Positions 51,241 to 63,957 of a stretch of 64,000 nucleotides of DNA are shown here, one piece after another; within the stretch, counting starts at the first letter, position 1, and every line of letters begins with the position of its first letter. This DNA comes from Octopus bimaculoides (Eukaryota), in the NCBI RefSeq assembly GCF_001194135.2, contig NC_068984.1:145041050-145105049 (forward strand), written 5' to 3'. The notes beneath the pieces are model-generated. The model worked only from the letters and a program-made list of their open reading frames with translations, ran no database searches and was not told the DNA's origin. Position numbers and translations under genes: made by a program.

Positions 51241-52019
51241 AAGATTTATTACAGCCTGCAATTTATTGTCGATGAATATGAAGAGTTTTGCTTTTATGGT
51301 TTTCCAATAAAGGTCAATGTTTTCCCAATGCCATGACCATCACTTTAAATAGCTCACATCATATTTCTTTAAATTTTTAATTTATAGTTTCATTTTTTTC
51401 TTTTTCTTATTTTTCTCGAGACCTAGGACTGTCACAAGGCTGGTTACCCTGTTTCCATGGNNNNNNNNNNNNNNNNNNNNNNNNNNNGACTGGTACTTAA
51501 CACTATTGACCCCGAAAGAATGAAAGTTGACATTGGTGGGATTTGAACTCAGAATATATAATGCATTTTGTCTGCCGCACTAATGTTTCTGACAACTTGG
51601 TGCCTTTGTTTCCTTCCTATCATTCTACATAGGTGTGTGTGTATATGTACGCACACACACATGTATGTATGTATGTATGTATGTATTTATGGATCTATGT
51701 AAGTAAGTACATATGTATGTAATATATGTATGTATGTGTATAAAACACAGCATTATAATTGCTATGACGAGAGTTGATATAAAAGTGAAATTGAAGAATA
51801 ATTATAAATAAGCAGTATGTCAATACCACAGTATCTTTATTTCAATATCAATATTTTGATATTTTAATATCTTCATATCTTTTCAATATATCACAATAAA
51901 AAAAATATATACAGGACTTTTTTTTCTACAAAGTTTCATTTATCTTCTTTAATCAGATTTGTGTATTAAATAATTGAGTTTAGGAATTTAGGAACGTTTA
52001 CCATTCAATTTTAACACTT

Positions 52020-52407
52020 TACTTTGTAAAATTACAATTTCTAAATCTCACAACGAGAGATATTCAGCAACAATACTTTGTAGTAAAGATTGTTTGCCAA
52101 CATAACATGGCAGTCCTGGTTTAGGATGAATGTTGCTGTAATTTAGCCCCAGGAGACATCGTCTCCAGCTGGCTATACGACATGATCTGTGTCCTTATAT
52201 TTTCAAACAAGGGAATCTAGCACCCCCACTCAGCTCAAAACAATATCTGTGTATCGTGATTTCTGGGATATTTCCCTTCATCAGCACAGAATAATTGTTC
52301 GGCTAGAGGTGGCACTGCCAAATTCCCGTTCGAAATATATAGTTTTCAAAGTGACAACTAGTCACTGTTCTATATATTAGAAAATTACTATTTTTAGATC
52401 TCACAAC
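52020..52407 (-). mobile_element. Family F: 353-nt unit plus a partial second unit, carrying a hammerhead ribozyme (candidate non-LTR retrozyme)
   Basis: AAAATTAC.ATTT.TA.ATCTCACAAC occurs at 52028 and again at 52381 (period 353). HHR at 52246-52290. Permuted homologue at 9865-10082. Confidence 0.65.
52246..52290 (-). ncRNA. Minimal type-I hammerhead ribozyme (HHR-3)
   Basis: Minus strand TCTGTG-CTGATGA-A-GGGA-AATA-TCCC-A-GAAA-T-CACG-A-TA-CACAGA. Perfect 6-bp stem I, 4-bp stem II, intact core, AUA triplet. Confidence 0.8.
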
Positions 52408-52615
52408 AATCAGCCTGAGTGGCATTTGAAATCAGAATGAAAAGAACTGAAGAATGTAATGTTTGATATAGAAAATGATGAGGTGGGATGGTCATGACCG
52501 GATTGTCTTTATTCATAGACATATGTTCGATCTGGACTCACACGGGGACTAAAGAACTGCAACTAAATCTTTCTACAATGTTACACTTCATACGATAGCA
52601 GCAACAACAACCAAT

Positions 52616-52657
<42 letters not shown>

Positions 52658-52824
52658 TCTCTCTCTCTCTCTCTGTCCCCACCGCCACTGTATTAGTGCA
52701 TACACCATTCTATATATAATTTAGTTTAGATTCAGGGTCTGAGGAAGCTGATCTGTGTTGGCAAATTTAATCAATAACAGAGTTCAATAAATCGAAATCA
52801 CCTTATATATATGTATATGTGTGT

Positions 52825-52858
<34 letters not shown>

Positions 52859-52874
52859 ATGTATGTATTTATAT

Positions 52875-53090
52875 ATCATCATCATCATTATCTTCATTTG
52901 ATATCCATTTTCCAAGCTAGCATAGGTTGGATGGTTTGACAGGAGTTGGCCAGTCAGAGAACTGCACCACATGTTTCAGCATGGTTTCTACAGCTGGACG
53001 CCCTTCCGAATGCCGACCTCTATACAGAGTGGACAGGGTGCATTTAACGTAGCACCGGCATAGATACTTTTTATGTTGCACCAGTACTGG
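52875..53090 (-). mobile_element. RTE 3' end (family A variant)
   Basis: (CAT)n...tccattttccaagctagcataggttggatggtttgacagg...tttctacagctggacgcccttccgaatgcc. Confidence 0.7.
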
Positions 53091-53092
53091 TG

Positions 53093-53128
<36 letters not shown>

Positions 53129-53161
53129 ATATATTTATTTATACATGCATATATGGGTACA

Positions 53162-53453
53162 GGACATCACCAACGGCTCAAACAACATGAAATATGTAAA
53201 CAAATGGGTTAAATACATAAATGAGAAAAAAAATAGAGAACAGGACAAGTAAATGCAGAGAAAGGACCCTTCGTCAGTTGTCGGCTGACTATCGAGTTCT
53301 CAGTGCTCAAAATGAGGAGTCGATAGTCAGCCGACAACTGACGAAGGGTCCTTTCTCTGAATTTACTTGAACTGTTCTCCATTTTTTTTCTCATTTATGT
53401 ATTTAACCCATTTGTTTACATATTTCATGTTGTTTGAACCGTTGGTGATGTCC
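53162..53453. repeat. Long inverted repeat: 134-bp arms, 24-nt spacer
   Basis: 53162-53295 versus 53320-53453, with 5 mismatches by manual comparison. The right arm runs into a 10-N gap. Confidence 0.9.
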
Positions 53454-53846
53454 NNNNNNNNNNATACCCATACATATATACACACATACATACAAATACA
53501 ACACACATACATATATACATACACATGCACACACACATATACGCATACACATATATATATGCATACATACACACACACTCACAATCACAAACACACATAA
53601 GTACATATACATATATGTATATATATATATGTATATATATATATAGAGAGAGTAAAATACAGTAAGATATTATGAGAATATATTAATATATTAAGATATA
53701 TTAAATACATTATAATATTGGTGGCCGTAGCAATTAAAACCAAAAAGTTAAAATTAATAAATGAGGGTGCTAAATGGCACCTGCAATTGCTAGAAAAGAG
53801 AGTTGAAATTTAACTCAAACAGCCACACAAAAGCACTAACCTCATG

Positions 53847-53890
<44 letters not shown>

Positions 53891-54144
53891 GCACATAAAC
53901 ACTTAACAGGCTTCCACACAGTTTCCATCAACCAAATTCACTCATACGCCGTTGATCAACTCAGGACTACAATGAAGACACTTGCTCAAGAAGCCACACA
54001 GTAGGCCTGAACTCAAAACCCCATGGTTACAAAGCAAGCTTCTTAACCCCACAGCCAAGCTTTTGTCTGGGTCTAATTGCCCTTTTGATATAGACAACAG
54101 CATTAAGACATGGTTAACTCTCTTTTTATCTTTGATCTTCGCCC

Positions 54145-54311
54145 CTACATTAATCTGTTGCCGTTATCGGCCAGCTTCCACTTGACACAGTCTGCATGAA
54201 TTTCCCTACCATTCACCGGAATCTTCACCGACTTCATCGGATTACGGCTTTTGTCTGGAAATATAAACCAGTCAGTCAGGGTCTGGCGACTGGCTGTATT
54301 GTTGTCTATGC
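54145..54311 (-). CDS. Candidate terminal coding exon of an unidentified minus-strand gene
   Basis: Strong acceptor ...tttttggtacctcctcccctcacag| after a long pyrimidine tract. Only the phase-1 frame is open: IDNNTASRQTLTDWFIFPDKSRNPMKSVKIPVNGREIHADCVKWKLADNGNRLM*. Confidence 0.35.
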
Positions 54312-54329
54312 CTGTGAGGGGAGGAGGTA

Positions 54330-54670
54330 CCAAAAAATAGGAAAAAAAACTTAGAGGGAGACTGTTTCTGAGTGACAGAGTGGGAGAGAGAAGGGGAGGG
54401 AGAGAAATAGCGGAGGGGGGGGGAGAGAAAAGGGGAGGAGAGAGAATGGGAGAAGGAAAAGGAGTGAGAAAAAGAATGAGAGGGAGTTGGGGGAGAGAAA
54501 GGAGAGACAAATGAATTACTTAAAAGGAAAGCTTTACTGAAAGAAAGGAAAATTGAGAGGGAGGAAGAGAATGGGAGAAACAATAAGAAAGGAAGAGAGA
54601 GAGAGAGAGGGGAGAGAAAGAGAGAGAGAACATGTGAAAAGAGACATAAGAAAAAAGATCTAAATAGAAA
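54330..54670. repeat. Long polypurine/polypyrimidine tract
   Basis: Almost entirely A/G on the plus strand. Confidence 0.85.
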
Positions 54671-54832
54671 AAGAAAACGGAAATGGTTATTACTTGTACC
54701 ATAAATGTTTTCCACTTTTTGCCTAAATCTTTTGGTTACTGGAGAAGAAGTCAGACAAGTTCCGTGCTGATGATGGCTATTGAGGTAGAAACATGTGTCC
54801 ATAACTGATCTTTTCTTTAATGACATTTTCAG

Positions 54833-54899
54833 ATTTAGAGTACTTGATACTTGGGATTATCTCCCTTTCCCAAGTGGAGCTGGTATTAATTGCCATTTG
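54833..54899 (+). CDS. Candidate internal 67-nt exon of an unidentified plus-strand gene
   Basis: Acceptor tcttttctttaatgacattttcag| and donor TTG|GTAATT. Open as (R)FRVLDTWDYLPFPSGAGINCHL or (D)LEYLILGIISLSQVELVLIAI(W). Confidence 0.35.
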
Positions 54900-55675
54900 G
54901 TAATTATGATAAATCCTCTAGAAGTGGAGATAAGTTTAATAAATCAAGGATGTATGCTGTGTGGTATTTGACACAACTGTATTTTTCTATGTTGTAAAAT
55001 TAGATACACATGGATATGGAGTTAGATGATATTGAGTAATGACTTGGGCAAAAGTAGGGAGATAAACACAAGAATTGAGAATATAGTTTATGGAATTGTA
55101 CTTTGTGGGAAAAGGAAAGGAAGATAAATAGATTTTACAGAAAGAGATCCTTTGGTAAAAGAGGAGGGAGAGAGGAAGGGAAAAATTAACGAAGACAAGG
55201 CACAAATTGGAGCAGGGATGCCACATAGATGATTGGTAGAGAGGAAGTTGTGGACAAAAAGAAGTTGTTTTTCAGCAAAGAAGAGTAAGCGCATAATAAG
55301 AGAATTATGCTTATGAAGAATAAGAGGAAGAAGTGAAATGAAGTGAAGAAAATTTATGTGTGATGAGGGTGGGGGTGGGGTGGGGGGGAAAATGGTGGAG
55401 TGAGATAAACTAAGAGAGAAGTATGGTTATGTATGAAGGTGAAAGGGATCAAAGGTGTATGAAGTTGAGTTTGACGAACAGGGCATGATGTTAGTAGGTG
55501 GTATTTGGAAGGCATCACTGTGTGTGTGGGTGTGTGTGGGTGAGTGTGTGTGTAGAAGGCAAGTAATTCAGATTGCATTCGTATGTGTGCAGCGTGTAAG
55601 TGTAAAGTTAGAAAAGAGAAGGTAACATGTAGTGTGTGTGTGTGTGTGTGTGTGTGTATGAGTGTGTGTATTTGT

Positions 55676-55880
55676 ATGTATGTGTTTGTCCTCCCAGCAT
55701 TGCTTGACAACTAATGTTGGTGTGTTTATGTCCCTGTAACTTAGCAGTTCGGCAAAAGAGACTGATAGAATAAGTACTAGGCTTACAAAGAATAAGTCCT
55801 GGGGTCGATTTTGTTCAACTAAAAGCAGTGCTCCAGCATGGCTGCAGTCAAATGACTGAAAAAGTATTAAAATAAAAGAG
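55676..55880 (+). mobile_element. SINE family B, 3' half
   Basis: gtgtttgtcctcccagcattgcttgacaac...gatagaataagtactaggcttacaaagaataagtcctggggtcgat...gcagtcaaatgactgaaa. Confidence 0.85.
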
Positions 55881-56816
55881 TGAATATGTACATTCACACA
55901 AACTCACACACACTCTCTATCTCTCTCTCTCTGACATGCACAAACACACACACACACACACACACACANNNNNNNNNNNNNNNNNNNNNNNNNNNNNNNN
56001 NNNNNNNNNNNNNNNNNNNNNNNNNNNNNNNNNNNNNNNNNNNNNNNNNNNNNNNNNNNNNNNNNNNNNNNNNNNNNNNNNNNNNNNNNNNNNNNNNNNN
56101 NNNNNNNNNNNNNNNNNNNNNNNNNNNNNNNNNNNNNNNNNNNNNNNNNNNNNNNNNNNNNNNNNNNNNNNNNNNNNNNNNNNNNNNNNNNNNNNNNNNN
56201 NNNNNNNNNNNNNNNNNNNNNNNNNNNNNNNNNNNNNNNNNNNNNNNNNNNNNNNNNNNNNNNNNNNNNNNNNNNNNTGAATAAAGTGAGAAATTATCTA
56301 ATGTTTCAAGAACCGTAGTTTCTTCCGATGTGCATGTTTTAGGCAAACATTGATGATCATTCTGACAAAACAGGAGAAAATATATAAATAAATGATTAAT
56401 AAATAAATAAATAAACATATAAGCAATTCTTTTTTAAAAAGACCTCATTTTTAACTTTCTCACCTTTTTCTGAACAATTTTTCAGATTTCTTTTAAAATG
56501 TTACATATTTTTCTCAGATATTTAAAAACAAATCTGAAAAAATTTTCAAGTGAAAGTGAAACTAAAAGGTTTTTTTTATAAAAAAGAAAAAGAAGTCAGA
56601 ATTGTAATATACGATGGTGAAAGCATGTTGATTCAAAGGAGAGCTAAATGATTCCCAAATCTATTCTATAGGAATGATTGGCTCACGCACACATATACAC
56701 ACACGTTTCCATTTATATATGTGTAGATATGCATGTATATATCTATATATATATCTGTATTTATATCTATCTGTCTATGTATCTATCTATTAGTCTATAT
56801 ATATATATATATATAT

Positions 56817-57262
56817 ATACTCTTTTACTCTTTTACTCTTTTACTTGTTTCAATCATTTGGCTGTGTCCATGCTGGAGCACTGCCTTTAGTCGAGCAAAT
56901 TGACCCCAGGACTTATTCTTTGTAAGCCTAGTACTTATTCTATCAGTGTCTTTTGCTGAACCGCTAAGTTACAGGGACGTAAACACACCAGAATCGGTTG
57001 TCAAGCGATGTTGGCGGGAGAAACACAGACACACAAACATATACACACACACATACACATATATATACATATATATGATGGGCTTCTTTCAGTTTCCGTC
57101 AACCAAATCCACTCACAAGGCTTTGGTCGGCCTGAGGCTATAGNNNNNNNNNNACCAAATCCACTCACAAGGCTTTGGTCGGCCTGAGGCTATAGTAGAA
57201 GACACTTGCCAAGGTGCCATGCAGTGGGACTGAACCCGGAACCATGTGGTTTGTAAGATAGC
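56817..57262 (-). mobile_element. SINE family B, near full length (45-nt assembly duplication at the 57144 gap)
   Basis: (CTCTTTTA)n tail through gggactgaacccggaaccatgtggttt at the head. Confidence 0.88.
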
Positions 57263-57679
57263 TACTTATATATTTATGTATATATATCTATTTATGAATG
57301 TGTGTGTGTGTGTGTGTGTACATATATATGATGGATATAGATATATAGATATCTGTAGATCTGTATATCTATATGTCAAAATGGTTTTTTGTATTCTTCC
57401 TTTCTACTTGGAGAGTTTAGATTTAATTACAAAAATATGTCCTTTTGTTGAAATGTAATTTTAGTAAATTTCTATATCTTTGTGCAGCTGAGGATTGCTC
57501 TGCATTTTACATTTGATGTAACATTCACATTGCTTAATTAAATGGAGTCGCATGAAACAATCGCACTGCATTAACTTTGGACATCCTTGTTGCTTCTTTT
57601 GACTTTATTTTGAAACTGTACAGATAATACCATACTTAATTCTGGTGCCTAAACTTAAGTACCATATTCACCTTGAATA

Positions 57680-57711
<32 letters not shown>

Positions 57712-58416
57712 CATATATATATATACATGAATGTTTATCAGTGGGACCTGTGAATATTTTACGGAATTAATGGTAAACTTATTGAGTTATTTCTGAAAAC
57801 TTTATCCCAAAACTTGAAAGCGTAACCTGTGTTGTGTCTGTCTCAAAAGAGACTCACTCATCTGCAAATCATTGAAAAGCGAAGGACATTGGAATACTAT
57901 GATTACTTAATGCACTTTATACACAATTTTATAGACTTAATACACAATACTCTCCCTCTTCGCCTTAGCTTCTTCTTTCTCCTTTTTCTTTTGCACTTCA
58001 CCATTCCCATCAACTAATCATGTGAAAGCGTTACAGACTCACTAAGTAATGGAGTAACAGAAAAATGACTAAAATGACTCAGTTCAAAAAAAACTTTAAA
58101 TTACACATTTTACTCACCACCATCTCCCCCTCCGCGCCCCGTTGCCTCCCCCTCTCCGCCCCTCCCCACTTCTACTAATCACATGGAAGCATTGAGGACG
58201 GGCTAAGTAACGGAGTGACAAACAGAATTATGATAAGATTTTATGTTGAAATAAAATTCTACATTAAATTGAATGATTACTCAATAATTTTAATAGAGAA
58301 CAAATTAATTATTCTTTGACTGTCTGATAATGGCTTAGCTGTCTAAAGCTTTAAAGTCACTGTGAATGCTATACTTGTTAAAGAATTACACACACACACA
58401 CATATATATATATACA

Positions 58417-58621
58417 CGAGTGGGTATTGAAAAGTTCCTGGCTTTGAGTAAAAGCTAACACAAGAGGATCAATTATTATGATTTTATTCAATGTATTCCC
58501 CTCCTAGATTCACACTTCTATTGCAGTTTTTCTAAGCCCTGGGAAAGAACTCAGGAGGTTGGGCCTCCAGCCAGGCTTTTCACGATACTCTAAATGTTAG
58601 GAACTTTTCAGCACCACCTTG
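58417..58621. mobile_element. Mariner-like MITE (same family as 27502-27717)
   Basis: CGAGTGGGTATTGAAAAGTTCCT ... AGGAACTTTTCAGCACCACCTTG-TA. The internal sequence aligns to the 27.5-kb copy. Confidence 0.8.
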
Positions 58622-58676
58622 TATATATATATATATATCTACATACATATATGTGTGTGTGTATGTGTGTGTATAC

Positions 58677-58715
<39 letters not shown>

Positions 58716-58767
58716 AACAAAACCAAGGCTGTGTGGAATTTTCAGGACATTTATAAAGAGGAAGTTA

Positions 58768-58815
58768 GTCTTACAGCTGTTTCGAGGATATTAGGGATAT
58801 CCCTTCATCAGAGAC
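58768..58815 (-). ncRNA. Minimal type-I hammerhead ribozyme (HHR-4)
   Basis: Minus strand GTCT-CTGATGA-A-GGGATAT-CCCTA-ATATCCT-C-GAAA-C-AGCT-GTA-AGAC. 4-bp stem I, 7-bp stem II, palindromic loop III, GUA triplet. Confidence 0.8.
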
Positions 58816-59210
58816 GATGTAAGATGGTTAAATAGTGGGAAATGTTAGAGTTCAATATAAGGAGTTATTTTGGAAAAGGAAGGAAATAAGGAGTATAGAG
58901 AGAAATAGGAGTATAGAGGGAAATAGGAGTATGAATGTGGAAATAAAAAAAAATATATAAAGATGTTATAGTTGTAGTCCCATTGTANNNNNNNNNNNNN
59001 NNNNNNNNNNNNNNNNNNNNNNNNNNNNNNNNNNNNNNNNNNNNNNNNNNNNNNNNNNNNNNNNNNNNNNNNNNNNNNNNNNNNNNNNNNNNNNNNNNNN
59101 NNNNNNNNNNNNNNNNNNNNNNNNNNNNNNNNNNNNNNNNNNNNNNNNNNNNNNNNNNNNNNNNNNNNNNNNNNNNNNNNNNNNNNNNNNNNNNNNNNNN
59201 NNNNNNNNTA

Positions 59211-59281
<71 letters not shown>

Positions 59282-59419
59282 GTAGAGAGACAGAGAGAGA
59301 TAAGCATAGCCATACATAGGCTTATATTCATACATACAAACATACATACATGCGTGCGTGCGTGCGTGCATACATACATACATACAAACATACATACACA
59401 CAAGTATATAGATAGAAAA

Positions 59420-59563
59420 GCTAACCGAACAGGGGGTTCCACTCTGTAACTACCGGCAACACTGGTTATCTCCCTTCGCCCCGCTTCTTCCCAATCCAAA
59501 TAAGACGACAGCCAACAGAACAAGTGACAGTTGCAAATCAGTAACGGAACCATAAAGGTGAGT
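59420..59563 (+). promoter_or_regulatory. Candidate non-coding first exon ending at a consensus donor
   Basis: Unique, relatively CpG-rich island ending in AAG|GTGAGT (GT at 59558-59559). No upstream acceptor or ORF seen. Confidence 0.3.
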
Positions 59564-59916
59564 TTTTCTACTTACTCCGCCAGTAGAGGCTGTTAAATAT
59601 TTCCACCGATCGATTATTTATCTACTGTTCGATGGCTGCAGGCAAACTTGTGTATTTCTCCTTGTAGTTGGGCGATTCTTACAAGATAGCAACACTTTTT
59701 TTTCTCTCTCTTCTAGTTTTTACCCACAGTTTTCTCTGTGGTAAACTCGTCGTCACATCGGGTTTCTGTGCCGCCACAAGAAAATATAGTTGTTTCGATG
59801 GTAAATATGTGATGTAGACTTTTGTTATGATTTTCTAAAACAAAAAATATTTTACATTCTCTTACATTTTCCCCTCGTGCACATACACTACCTACCTACC
59901 TACCTACCTACCTACC

Positions 59917-59968
<52 letters not shown>

Positions 59969-60005
59969 CACCTATTATCTATCTATCTATCTATCTATCC
60001 ACCTA

Positions 60006-60064
<59 letters not shown>

Positions 60065-63000
60065 CTGTCTGTCTGTCTGTATGTCTGTCTGTCTGTCTGT
60101 CTATCTATTTATCTTCCTATCTGTGTACACACGCACACACATATGTGTGCGTCTGTATGTATATACATACATACATAATACATACATGCGTATATACATA
60201 CACACACATACATATATACATATGTATGTGTGTGTATATATATATGTATGTGTATATATATATATATATATCTNNNNNNNNNNNNNNNNNNNNNNNNNNN
60301 NNNNNNNNNNNNNNNNNNNNNNNNNNNNNNNNNNNNNNNNNNNNNNNNNNNNNNNNNNNNNNNNNNNNNNNNNNNNNNNNNNNNNNNNNNNNNNNNNNNN
60401 NNNNNNNNNNNNNNNNNNNNNNNNNNNNNNNNNNNNNNNNNNNNNNNNNNNNNNNNNNNNNNNNNNNNNNNNNNNNNNNNNNNNNNNNNNNNNNNNNNNN
60501 NNNNNNNNNNNNNNNNNNNNNNNNNNNNNNNNNNNNNNNNNNNNNNNNNNNNNNNNNNNNNNNNNNNNNNNNNNNNNNNNNNNNNNNNNNNNNNNNNNNN
60601 NNNNNNNNNNNNNNNNNNNNNNTGTGTGTGTGTGTGTGTGTGTGTGTGTTGCAGTTGTATAATGTATGTGCAAGAGAAGAAAAACGTCTTTAACTTTCGC
60701 TTTTCACCTTTGGACTTCTCCGTCTTCTCCCCCCCCTCTCTCTCTCTGTCCCTTTTCCCTCCTTTCTCGTACTTTCTCTCCTTCTCTGTCTATATAACAT
60801 CTATCTGTCTACATCCATATGTTTATCCCGCTATCCCTCAACAAGCTATCTTCCTTCGTACACTTTCTCTCTTCTCTCGTTGTTCCAAACTGACACCCTT
60901 TGTCTTTCCCTGTCCTTTGCTCTCTCTCTCTCTCTCTCCCTTTGTCCAATCGCACACATTAGGTATATGCGCACACGCATATGTTTACGCACATTCATAT
61001 ACACACGCACACTTATACATGCAGTACACATACACACCCAAACACTTCAGGTTTATTTTAACTCTGTCACTCTCACGCTGTCTCTCTTTCTCCAATCATA
61101 TACATACCACACACACACACACATACACACACACACACACGCGCGCCACACACATCAACCTCTGCTAACTCTCTCTCTCTCTGTCTCCATCCATCTGCCC
61201 GTACGCCCACCCATCCAGCCATCCGACTGAAATATTCTCCACCCCTTTCCTATCCACTTCCCTCCCTTCACTCCATTAACTGTCAACCAGTAAATTACCT
61301 TGATCAACACCCCTCCCTTCNNNNNNNNNNNNNNNNNNNNNNNNNNNNNNNNNNNNNNNNNNNNNNNNNNNNNNNNNNNNNNNNNNNNNNNNNNNNNNNN
61401 NNNNNNNNNNNNNNNNNNNNNNNNNNNNNNTCTCTCCTTTATATGTGAATCCTACCAAATTTTTAACACGGTTGTTGCCGGATCGAAATACATTCGCACG
61501 CACACATACACACACAAGAGCACGCGCACAGACACACACAAGAGCACGCGCACAGACACCACGCCACACACACACACACACACACATACACAAACACACA
61601 CACATGCGCGCACCCACACAGATCCCATAAACGCAGTCACAATTACACACGCACACAGACAGATCCTGTATACGCTCAGTCACAAGCCCAATACACACAC
61701 ACATACACACACGCACGCACACACATACTAGCGCGTTTCCATTCTTGTCGTATGCACAACACTCATATATTATACATACAAACGCATTGATACGCGTATA
61801 CACATAGCAATAGTTATCAAAAGAATCTTAAATAAACACTTAAACACACATGTTGATGGACAAAATGAAAGCGAAAGTACGTGTGGGTGTGTATGGTTGT
61901 GAGATTGTATATGTGTTTGTGAGATGGTGTGTATGTATGCGAGCGTGAATGAATGAGTGACTGAGAGAGTGAGAGAGAGAGAGAGAGAGAAAGAGAGATA
62001 GATAGATAGAAGGACACTCTATGTGTGTATATACATAAGGGTATATAAGTATGTGCGCGTGTAGGTATGTTAGTGTGTACACATATAATTATTATATAAT
62101 TGTCTACGTGTGTATGTGTAATTGTAGTATCAGAACTTGCTGAACATTACGGCGCAATCGTACATACACAGACACACATACACACGCACACTCGCACACA
62201 CATGCGCGCGCGCGCAGATGTGTATCTATAAGTTTGTGCGTGTGTGTGTGTGAATATATCTATTTGTTTCTGTGTGTTTCTGTACATATATTCTGGGGCT
62301 TACAGATACGCTTCTATGTGGGTGAGTCTAGTTTATGTGTGCGTGTATGCATGTGTGTAGAAGCGCGTGTATGTGTATCCAAGTAATTAGATGTGTACGT
62401 GTATGTCTGATATCCGCGCGCTTTTTTCAGAAGTGCGTATGTTTGTTTCTCTGTATGTATAGAGACTGCGCGTTTGTATCCATGCGCATGTATGTATGTA
62501 TTTATATATGTATATATGTATGTATGTATGTATGTGCATAAGTGCGTATAAATGGAGATATATTGCGTGCGCATGTGTACTTGAATGATTTATTTGTATG
62601 TGTATATATGCATGTGTATGTGTGTGTATTTTATATATGTATAGAAGGATGTAGGTATGTATAGAAATGTAAGTATTGTGTGTGTTTGTATATATATATA
62701 TACACATACATACATATATATGCATACATACATACACACACACATATGTATATAAGGCGGATGTTACACAATGATGATGATATGATGTATATGTGTATAC
62801 ACACACACACACACACATATAAATGCATGTATGTATGTATGTATGTATGTATGCATGCGTGTAGGTGTGAAATGTTCTTATTTAGCTCCCATCTAGTCTT
62901 AATCCAGCAGACCTATGTGCAAAGGCTCTCCAAACATGACTATCTCTTTTTGTAAGAGTATCAAGGGCTACAATATTCAATGTACCATTCCTTATTTTAT

Positions 63001-63552
63001 GATGGTATGGCTTGAGTTTATTGTGTGTAAGGGGATACTTGGCTGTTATTTCTAGTATATTGGGTGACCACATAGACTTCCCCTTGTGATGTGTGGCATG
63101 TTATATGCCTGATGTGTTGTATAAGCTTTCGTGTAGTACGATGTGTGTGTGTGTGTGTGTGTGTAATATGTTGCTGTGTAGTCCCAGGTCATTGTTCACA
63201 CCTGTCAGAAGGCGTTCCAGCTGTGACTGTCCCGTTTATTTTGCTTGTGGTTACACTGTCCAGTATATCCTACGCATCTATCTTTACTTCATGATGACAG
63301 CCTGTTTTGAGGGAAATTTGACTACTATTTCTAGCACTTTGAATGACCAAGTACAGGCTCTCTCGATCTTTCACTGTGTGATGTGTGTGTGTGTGTATGT
63401 GTGTGTGTGAGAGAGAGAGAGAAATTGTGTGAGCGCGTATGATATTATATGTGATGTGTTCGTGTGATACATGTGCGTATTATATAAGTGAGAGAGAGAG
63501 GCTATTTCCTATTATAATAATTATACATACATATATATATACACATGTATAC

Positions 63553-63626
<74 letters not shown>

Positions 63627-63957
63627 GTATATGTATGTATATATATATATATATGTACATATATGTATAAATATATATGTGTGTGTATTTGTATGTGTGT
63701 ACACACTCCTTCATATGCATATCACACGGATTGCTTACAATCGCATTACACTCTCCAGTGTACGTATGTGATACGATATAGAAATATGGATTACTACGTG
63801 CATATACAGATACACACATAGATTTTCTAAGTATATATACATACATACACACACACACACACACATATATACATATATAGGCTTGGTGATGTTTTGTAAG
63901 TGCTAACGCACGAAACCCTCGGCCTTTGAGTCACTCTGTTGCTTATACTAAATATTC

